Positions 25,360-32,000 of a stretch of DNA of 32,000 nt are shown in pieces. The stretch lies in NCBI GenBank assembly GCA_964640155.1, contig CAZXEQ010000009.1, positions 7,961 to 39,960 on the forward strand, read 5' to 3'. Position numbers and translations under genes: made by a program. The first letter of the stretch is position 1, and each line of letters starts with the position of its first letter. Under the pieces are notes generated by a model. It was not told the origin of the DNA. It saw only the letters and a program-made list of their open reading frames with translations, and did no database searches. The stretch is from an uncultured bacterium (GTDB taxonomy: Bacteria > Auribacterota > JACPWU01).

Positions 25360-26850
25360 ATGTTGAATACCTCACAAAAAGTTCAAACCAGAATTTCTGA
25401 TGAAGCACTAGCTCAAGAAGCCTTGGATGAAGCTTTACGATTGGGTGCATCCTATGCCGATGTCCGGCTTATTGAACTTACTACTCGCAGTTTAGAAACA
25501 AAAAATGGTATTCCCACATCTCTCAACCATTCAGAATCGCAAGGACTCGGCATTCGTGTTATTTGTCAAGGGGCATGGGGTTTTGCAGCAACGCATGATT
25601 TGTCCAAAGAAAATGTGATTCGTACGGCATTCAAAGCGGTAAAAATTGCTAAAGCAAGTGCTTTACTCAAAAGAGAACCTCTTCATTTAGCTGAAGAACC
25701 TATCATTCAAACCGAATGGTCAACTCCTTTTAAAATAGATCCCTTTTTGATTTCTATTGATCAGCAATTAAATTTTTTGCTCAAACTGGATGAAACCCTT
25801 CGCGAAAATAAAAAAATCAGCGTTTCAGAAACTCAAATGCATTTTGAAAAAGAGAAAAAATTATTTATTTCCAGTGAAGGTTCTCGAATTCTACAAAATT
25901 TTATTACCAGCGGAGCAGGTTTCGTTGCTTTAGCTTTTAAAGATGGAGATTTACAAAAAAGATCTTATCCCAATTCATTTGGTGGACAATTCCAAAGAAA
26001 AGGATATGAACTGATTGAGGAATTAAAACTTTTGGAAAATGCGCCTCGCATTGCAGATGAAGCCGTCGCACTCTTAGATGCACCCAGCTGTCCAGTAGGT
26101 GCAAAAGATTTGATTTTGGATAGCTCTCAACTAGGACTTCAAATTCATGAATCGGTTGGCCATCCTATCGAATTGGATCGCGTTCTGGGGAGCGAGGCCA
26201 ATTACGCAGGAAAAAGTTTTTTGACTTTGGAAAAACTGGGCGTTCTTCAATATGGCTCTCCCATTGTCCATGTGGTCGCAGACGCACAAATCTCTCATGG
26301 ACCTGGTTTGGGTACTTTTGGATTTGATGATGAAGGTGTTCAAGCACAAACAACAGATATTATTCGCTCGGGACGCTTTGTAGGATATCTTTCTTCGCGC
26401 GAGACAGCCTCCTCTCTTGGGCAAAAAAGAAGCAATGGGACGATGCGAGCTGAAGGATGGAACAGAATTCCACTCATTCGTATGACCAATATCAGTTTAA
26501 TGCCTGGAGATAAAACCTTCGATGAAATGATTTCTGATACCAAAGATGGGATTTTTCTTGAGACCAATCGAAGCTGGAGCATTGATGATCAAAGGCTCAA
26601 TTTTCAATTCGGGACAGAATTAGGTTGGGAAATTAAACACGGAAAGAAAATCCGCATGGTCAAAAATCCTATTTATTGGGGAATGACTCCTGAATTTTGG
26701 AATGCATGTGATGCTATTTGTGACAAAAATCATTGGACACTTTGGGGCACTCCTAATTGTGGCAAAGGACAACCCTGTCAAACCATGGGAACAGGACATG
26801 GCGCAAGTCCAGCAAGATTTAGAAAGATTCAAGTTGGAGCTAGTCATTAA
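25360..26850 (+). CDS. tldD: Metalloprotease TldD
   Basis: 496 aa with the HESVGHPIELD metal-binding motif and the TldD-like C-terminal GxC..G motif region. Confidence 0.9.
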   Translation: MLNTSQKVQTRISDEALAQEALDEALRLGASYADVRLIELTTRSLETKNGIPTSLNHSESQGLGIRVICQGAWGFAATHDLSKENVIRTAFKAVKIAKASALLKREPLHLAEEPIIQTEWSTPFKIDPFLISIDQQLNFLLKLDETLRENKKISVSETQMHFEKEKKLFISSEGSRILQNFITSGAGFVALAFKDGDLQKRSYPNSFGGQFQRKGYELIEELKLLENAPRIADEAVALLDAPSCPVGAKDLILDSSQLGLQIHESVGHPIELDRVLGSEANYAGKSFLTLEKLGVLQYGSPIVHVVADAQISHGPGLGTFGFDDEGVQAQTTDIIRSGRFVGYLSSRETASSLGQKRSNGTMRAEGWNRIPLIRMTNISLMPGDKTFDEMISDTKDGIFLETNRSWSIDDQRLNFQFGTELGWEIKHGKKIRMVKNPIYWGMTPEFWNACDAICDKNHWTLWGTPNCGKGQPCQTMGTGHGASPARFRKIQVGASH

Positions 26851-26855
26851 AAAAA

Positions 26856-28193
26856 ATGAAAAATTTTAAAGAAAAAACTGAAGAGATTTTCGAAATTATT
26901 TTCAAAGCTAGTCAAGCGGATGAAACCGAAGCTTCTATTTCCTGGAACTCAGATTCTCTAACCCGCTTTGCCAATAATGAAATTCATCAAAATTTATCTG
27001 ATGAAAACTTTGAAATTTCCATTCGCTCAAATCTAGGAAAGAAAACAGCTCGTGTCACAACCAACAAGTCGGATAAAGAATCTCTGGAAACAATCGCATG
27101 TCTTTCTAATCATTTGGCTTCCTTAAATGCAGAAGATCCTGATCTTCTACCCATGCCCGAACCTCAAGAATATACACCGGTCGATCATGCACATGAACGT
27201 ACAGGACAGATTAAAGCTGAAACGCGCGCCCACGCTGTCAAGGTTCCCATTCAAATTGCACAATTGAAAGGTTTAAAAACAGCGGGCATTTTTTCAAATA
27301 GTCTTGAAAAGAACGCTCTTGGAAATTCAAAAGGATTACGTGCTTATTCAGAAGAAACCTATGCTGTTTTTTCTACAACGATGATGGCTGATTCTGGCTC
27401 GGGATGGGCTAAATTTGGACATCCCAATGCAGATAAAATTCCATTAGAAACACTTGCACTTCAAGCTTCTGAAAAAGCCATTTTAAGCAGAGACCCGATT
27501 GAAATAAACCCCGGCCCTTACACCGTTATTCTAGAGCCTTCTGCCGTTTTAGACTTAATGGAATTTATGTTAATGGATTTTGGAGGCTTGGCAGTTCATG
27601 AACAAAGAAGTTGCTTCACAGATTTTGTGGGCAAAAAAGTTTTTGGAGAAAATATTCATATTGAAGATGATGTTTATCATCCCCTGCAAAGTGGAGCAAA
27701 CTTTGATGGAGAAGGCATTCCAAAACAAAAAGTTCAACTCATTGAAAAAGGGATTCTTAAAAATTTAGTTTACAGTCGTGCCAGCGCTCAACAAGCAAAA
27801 ACAAAACCCACAGGACACGGATTTTCTATTCCTAACTCTTGGGGAGAAGCGCCCACGAATATTGTTTTTCATGGCGGGAATGCTTCTATTGAAGAGATGG
27901 TGAAGAGCACCGATCATGGACTTCTCATCACACGATTCTGGTATATTCGTGAAGTGGATTCGATGCAAAAGATTTTGACAGGAATGACCCGAGATGGCAC
28001 ATTTTTAATTGAAAATGGTAAGATTAAAAATGCAGTTAGAAATTTACGATTCAATGAAAGTTTATTTCACTTTCTAAACAATATTGAAATTTTAGGACCT
28101 GCCGTTCGAGCTGGAGGAGAAGAAGGGTTTGACATGGTAGTCCCTGCAGTAAAGGCAAAAGATTTTCATTTTACAAGCGTGACGAAGTATTAG
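26856..28193 (+). CDS. pmbA: TldE/PmbA family protein (TldD partner)
   Basis: 445 aa, in the PmbA_TldD family but lacking the HExxxH motif. It starts 5 nt after tldD. Confidence 0.85.
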   Translation: MKNFKEKTEEIFEIIFKASQADETEASISWNSDSLTRFANNEIHQNLSDENFEISIRSNLGKKTARVTTNKSDKESLETIACLSNHLASLNAEDPDLLPMPEPQEYTPVDHAHERTGQIKAETRAHAVKVPIQIAQLKGLKTAGIFSNSLEKNALGNSKGLRAYSEETYAVFSTTMMADSGSGWAKFGHPNADKIPLETLALQASEKAILSRDPIEINPGPYTVILEPSAVLDLMEFMLMDFGGLAVHEQRSCFTDFVGKKVFGENIHIEDDVYHPLQSGANFDGEGIPKQKVQLIEKGILKNLVYSRASAQQAKTKPTGHGFSIPNSWGEAPTNIVFHGGNASIEEMVKSTDHGLLITRFWYIREVDSMQKILTGMTRDGTFLIENGKIKNAVRNLRFNESLFHFLNNIEILGPAVRAGGEEGFDMVVPAVKAKDFHFTSVTKY

Positions 28194-28197
28194 AAAA

Positions 28198-28260
28198 CGT
28201 AATGCGTGATGCGTTCTGAGTCTTGCGTAAAAACACACAAGCGACGCATCCCGCACAACG
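28198..28260. repeat. GCGT-rich imperfect hairpin just downstream of pmbA
   Basis: CGTAATGCGTGATGCGT (28198-28214) pairs with ACGCATCCCGCACAACG (28244-28260) at 14 of 17 positions. No U-run follows. Confidence 0.55.
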
Positions 28261-28340
28261 CACAACAAAGTACAATTTAGCAATAAGCAACCTTTTATAA
28301 AAAGACCTTTATGAAAACAAAATTAGACTTAAAAAAAATT

Positions 28341-29165
28341 ATGACCCATTTAGCTCACAGTCCTGACGCGGACGATGCTTTTATGTTTTATGGACTGGCA
28401 AAAGGATTTGTAAAATCTGAAATCTTAGAATTCACACATGTTTTAAGTGATATCGAAACTCTCAATCAAAAAGCATTAAAAGGTGTTTATGAAATGTCTG
28501 CCCTTTCTGTTCACGCATATCCTTATGTAAGCGATCAATATGACATTTTAAAATATGGAGCCAGCATTGGAGATCAATACGGACCTATTTTGGTTTCAAA
28601 AAAACCTATATCCATTGAAGAAATTCATAACAAAACCATTGCTGTACCTGGCACAATGACCACAGCTTTTTTAGCCTTAAAACTTTTCACAAAAAAAGCC
28701 AAAACCGTTGTAGTCCCTTTTCAGGAAATTATGGATTTTGTTCAACAGGGAAAAGCAGATTTAGGACTTTTAATTCATGAAGGACAACTTCATTACACAA
28801 ACAGTGGTCTTCATAACATTTTAGATTTAGGAAAGTGGTGGCATGAAGAAACAGGTCTTCCCCTTCCCCTCGGTGTTAACGGCATTCGAAAAAATTTAGC
28901 CCCCCCTGCTCAGAAAGAAATTGCTCGTGCTCTCAAAGAAAGCATTCAATACGGTTTATCCCATCGCAAAGATGCCATTCAACATGCTCTTCAATACGCC
29001 AGAGATCTTGATCCAGCACTTGCAGATCGCTTTATTGGAATGTATGTCAATGAAGAAACTGTAGAAATGTCTGAACGAACTCAAAAAGCGATTGAAATTC
29101 TTTTGACCCGAGGATATGAAGAAGGCTTGATTCCTAAAAAAGTAAAACCCATTTTTGTTTCGTAG
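28341..29165 (+). CDS. mqnD: 1,4-dihydroxy-6-naphthoate synthase family protein (MqnD-like)
   Basis: It is collinear with MqnD (VLSDIETLN, VPGTMTTAFLALKL, GLLIHEGQLHY, DLGKWWHEETGLPLPLG, YVNEET). The usual SPCPND is replaced by SPDADD. The ATG at 28341 is preferred. The track start is 28311. Confidence 0.7.
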   Translation: MTHLAHSPDADDAFMFYGLAKGFVKSEILEFTHVLSDIETLNQKALKGVYEMSALSVHAYPYVSDQYDILKYGASIGDQYGPILVSKKPISIEEIHNKTIAVPGTMTTAFLALKLFTKKAKTVVVPFQEIMDFVQQGKADLGLLIHEGQLHYTNSGLHNILDLGKWWHEETGLPLPLGVNGIRKNLAPPAQKEIARALKESIQYGLSHRKDAIQHALQYARDLDPALADRFIGMYVNEETVEMSERTQKAIEILLTRGYEEGLIPKKVKPIFVS

Positions 29166-29181
29166 TTGATAATAAGATAAA

Positions 29182-29469
29182 TTACTTCTTTTGAAGATGT
29201 TCCTGAATAATCTTTTCTACATCTTCCTTTTGAACATTTCGATACCAAATATAATCCGGGAAAACCATCACATTAGGTCCCTGCGCACAAAAATCAAAAC
29301 AACCTGAACGACTTACTCGAATCTTTCCTTTAAGACCATTTTCATTCACATAAGCCTTTAAACATTCAAAAATCTCTTCTCCTGCTTTAGAACAACAGGC
29401 TTCTCCGTTATCTCGAGTATGGACACATACAAAAAGATGTTTCTGATAGGGATTTTTAGAAATTTGCAT
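29182..29469 (-). CDS. Thioredoxin-like [2Fe-2S] ferredoxin
   Basis: 95 aa. The Cys pattern (C..x9..CC ... C..x3..C, in LFVCVHTRDNGEACC and SGCFDFCAQGPNVMV) is typical of the (2Fe-2S) ferredoxin domain family. Confidence 0.8.
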   Translation of the reverse strand: MQISKNPYQKHLFVCVHTRDNGEACCSKAGEEIFECLKAYVNENGLKGKIRVSRSGCFDFCAQGPNVMVFPDYIWYRNVQKEDVEKIIQEHLQKK

Positions 29470-29490
29470 TGATTTATTTTATCACAAAAA

Positions 29491-31998
29491 TCACGGATTG
29501 GGATCGGAGGATAATGCAGGATCTGCATCAATCGTATTATTGGTAGAGTTAACTAAAGTTCCTCCTGGAGGATTGGCGCCCCCCGTCCAATAGTTATTTT
29601 CTGCATCGATGGTGAAACCTGCAGCAGCACTGGTATCACTCATATCAAATTCACCATTGCTATCTGAATCATTTCCCGTCAGAGAATTATTTCCTGGACT
29701 AGAAAGTCCTCCACCTCCAAAGTCAATCGTGTAAGTTGGAACACTGGCACTCAGTGAAAACAAAACACCATCCCCAACATTGTTTCGAATGATGTTTCCT
29801 TCTCCATATAAAATTAAAGCATCTCCAGCCCCTGTCCCTGCAGTGATGGTATAAGAAAACCCATCTTCTCCATTATTAGTTACAGTATTGGTGATGGCAC
29901 TGACGGTAACATCATCAGGTGCTGTTGTGGTCAAAACAATTCCCGAAAGAGAATTAGCACCTGTAACATTGTCGGTTAAAACGGTACTGACACTTCCACT
30001 GCTGCCAGAAACCAAGTTGTTAATCAGAAGCCCATAACCAGTATCGGCATCATTACCTGTATTCCCTGTCACCGTAATATTGATATTATCATTGAGAGAT
30101 GCATTACCGATATATATGTTATCCCCCGAGTTACTATTAGCAGTATTGGTACTTACAACTCCCACAATGGCACCAGAACCACTGCCAGAAACCGAGTTGC
30201 TGATCAAAAGGCCAAAACCACCCGTACTACCATTTGCTATGTTTCCAGTCACCGTGACATTGATATCATCATTCAAAGATGTATTAACCATAAAGATATT
30301 ATTATCTGCGTTACCCGTAGCCGTATTGGTACTTGTAAAAACCTCAATAGCTCCAGAACCACTCCCCAGAACTGTGTTGCCCATCCCAATCCCCATATAA
30401 CTACCACTATTATTCGCTATATTCCCTGTCACGGTGACATTGATATCATCATTGAGAGATGTATTTATGATAGATATATTCATATTTGCGTTTCCAATAG
30501 CAGTATTAGTACTTATAAAATTTGAAATTGACCCTGCACCACTTCCAGAAACTGTGTTCGTAATCTCAATCCCCAAATTAGACAGACTATTGCTTGCCGT
30601 ATTTCCAGTCACGGTGACATTGATATCACCATTAAGAGATCGATTACGGATAGATAGATTAGTGCCCCCATTATTGCTAGCCCTATTATCACTCATAACT
30701 CCCACAATTGATCCAGAACCACTCCCTGAGACTGTATTAGTGATGGAAAGTCCGAAACCACCTGCATTATTATTATTTAGAAGGTTCCCTGTAGCAGTGA
30801 TAGTGATATTGTCATTAAGCGAATTAAGAAAAACAAAGAAATTACTCGTCCCATTGAGTTCCGATATATTATTACTAATATCAGCATTAATTGCGCCCGA
30901 ACTTGATCCTGAAACTGCCCCTGACACATAAGAACCAAAGCTTGTAGTACTAGAACTCGTTTTATTTCCGGTCACTGTCACATTGAGATCCGCATTCAGA
31001 GAGGTTAAAGTCATAGAAAAGTTACTGGTTACATTGTTACTAAAATTATTCCTATTGATGAGAGCATTCACTTCTCCAGAACCAGTTCCACCCACAACTG
31101 CAGAAATAGCAGCACCATCTGCTAACCCAGTGAGGCCTCTATTGTTATCCATGGTAAGTGTAATATCCGCATCTTGAGAAGTGAGCGTCACAGATAAATT
31201 AGTTAAAGTATTACTTTCCATACGATTGTCACTGATAGTAGCATTGATTGCTCCTATGGTAGTTGCAGCAACTTCGCTATTGATACGAATCCCATATCCT
31301 CCTGAAGTATGGGACTGGTTATCTGTCACATTTAATTCAATATTTCCTCCTGTCGTATCAACATCCAACACCACATTTGAAGAAGTATTGGATTCAAGAA
31401 CATTATCAATAACATTTACAGTAGTGGGTGCACGCGAACCAGAGTTAACCCATATACCACGATTAGCATTGTTTGAAACTGTGTTTCCACGGATGGTTGC
31501 CGTAAAGGAATCATAATCATTTGTACTAATACTAATTCCATCAAATGCATTTCCTGTAGCGGTGTTATCTAAAATAGTTGTGTTAAATGAAGAACTCAGT
31601 GTCCCTAAACTAATAATTCCTATCCCTTCAGCTACATCATTCTGGCTGATGGTATTATCGGAAATTGTTGAAGTAAAATCTGTAACACTATCTGCAGCTA
31701 AAAAAACTCCTATAGAATTAGCATGAATATAATTCTCACAACTGATTTCTAAATTGGTTTTGTTCTCAGCGTAAATACCTATGCGCTTGACGTTAAAAAG
31801 TTGTCCAGCTACAGAACGAAATTGATTAGCACCCCCCATATCCGTATTAATCACTTCCATACCCCAGATCTTGGTATTATCTGCCATGGTAATAGAGGGA
31901 CCATTACTTCTTCCATCTACAATAGGCCTAATCCCACTCTCTATACCATAGTTCACACATCCACTTCCCCATAGAATCACATTCTCTTTGAGGGTCAC
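29491..31998 (-). CDS. Large right-handed beta-helix (PbH1-type) repeat protein, C-terminal 835 aa (N-terminus outside the window)
   Basis: The ORF stays open to the window edge. It has repeated N.T.TGN / N(T/S)VSGSGSGAI units, is rich in Asn/Thr/Ser/Gly, and has a terminal ENNYWTG motif common at the end of PbH1 arrays. Confidence 0.8.
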   Translation of the reverse strand: MTLKENVILWGSGCVNYGIESGIRPIVDGRSNGPSITMADNTKIWGMEVINTDMGGANQFRSVAGQLFNVKRIGIYAENKTNLEISCENYIHANSIGVFLAADSVTDFTSTISDNTISQNDVAEGIGIISLGTLSSSFNTTILDNTATGNAFDGISISTNDYDSFTATIRGNTVSNNANRGIWVNSGSRAPTTVNVIDNVLESNTSSNVVLDVDTTGGNIELNVTDNQSHTSGGYGIRINSEVAATTIGAINATISDNRMESNTLTNLSVTLTSQDADITLTMDNNRGLTGLADGAAISAVVGGTGSGEVNALINRNNFSNNVTSNFSMTLTSLNADLNVTVTGNKTSSSTTSFGSYVSGAVSGSSSGAINADISNNISELNGTSNFFVFLNSLNDNITITATGNLLNNNNAGGFGLSITNTVSGSGSGSIVGVMSDNRASNNGGTNLSIRNRSLNGDINVTVTGNTASNSLSNLGIEITNTVSGSGAGSISNFISTNTAIGNANMNISIINTSLNDDINVTVTGNIANNSGSYMGIGMGNTVLGSGSGAIEVFTSTNTATGNADNNIFMVNTSLNDDINVTVTGNIANGSTGGFGLLISNSVSGSGSGAIVGVVSTNTANSNSGDNIYIGNASLNDNINITVTGNTGNDADTGYGLLINNLVSGSSGSVSTVLTDNVTGANSLSGIVLTTTAPDDVTVSAITNTVTNNGEDGFSYTITAGTGAGDALILYGEGNIIRNNVGDGVLFSLSASVPTYTIDFGGGGLSSPGNNSLTGNDSDSNGEFDMSDTSAAAGFTIDAENNYWTGGANPPGGTLVNSTNNTIDADPALSSDPNP
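30060..31340 (-). repeat. In-frame tandem repeats of about 180 bp (60 aa) inside the beta-helix gene, about 7 units
   Basis: The motif C(C/A)(T/G)GTCAC(C/G)GTGACATTGATATCA.. recurs near 30063, 30245, 30425 and 30605. Degenerate copies occur near 30785, 30968, 31150 and 31325. Confidence 0.8.
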
Positions 31999-32000
31999 AT

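Noticed and set aside
30060-31340. Regular 180-bp repeats considered as a CRISPR-like or satellite array
   Set aside because: The repeats are contiguous, in-frame and coding, with no unique spacers. They correspond to protein structural repeats.
30080-31516. Plus-strand ORFs 30080..30400, 30434..30931, 30983..31177 and 31181..31516
   Set aside because: They are antisense shadows of the repetitive beta-helix gene. Their Leu/Pro/Val-rich peptides simply mirror the Asn/Gly/Thr codons. The long uninterrupted minus-strand frame is the real gene.
29491-31998. Chlamydial Pmp-type autotransporter assignment for the beta-helix protein
   Set aside because: No GGA(I/L/V) motifs and no C-terminal beta-barrel are seen. 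The ending ENNYWTG fits generic PbH1 repeat proteins instead.

Overview
AT-rich bacterial chromosomal segment, densely coded (about 30 genes), mostly cofactor and central metabolism. I could not assign a taxon from sequence alone.

Gene content in order:
- Queuosine genes: queG 3' end and queD.
- thiC, with a structured leader.
- A six-gene minus-strand operon: AstA-like succinyltransferase, pentein-fold enzyme, TrpD-like protein, fused AhbA/B-like siroheme decarboxylase, divergent HesB/IscA-like protein, and a membrane protein.
- A HAD hydrolase and a PilZ protein.
- A futalosine-pathway menaquinone operon: UbiD-like decarboxylase, mqnE, mqnA, mqnC and one unknown exported protein. An mqnD-like gene lies 13 kb away.
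- A soluble acyl-ACP desaturase.
- A Ser/Thr kinase-HEAT protein next to an FHA-GAF-PP2C phosphatase.
- A glycogen debranching enzyme.
- A secreted ankyrin protein with two paralogous membrane proteins.
- tldD/pmbA and a thioredoxin-like 2Fe-2S ferredoxin.
- The C-terminal 835 aa of a large beta-helix repeat protein built from 180-bp tandem repeats.

No rRNA, tRNA, CRISPR array, transposase or integrase was recognised.

The most unusual signal is non-coding. Three members of a GC-rich, highly self-complementary element family sit in the two divergent promoter regions: 15438-15511 (minus), 15575-15735 (plus) and 20776-20849 (plus). Two of them are 73/74 identical and inverted, and they bracket the 5.3-kb desaturase/kinase/phosphatase block. 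All three point toward the adjacent downstream gene. Their closing stems differ in sequence but keep base pairing. I cannot match them to a known RNA class by eye. They are candidates for a new structured RNA or MITE-like element.

Several other intergenic spacers carry long imperfect palindromes made of short degenerate repeats.
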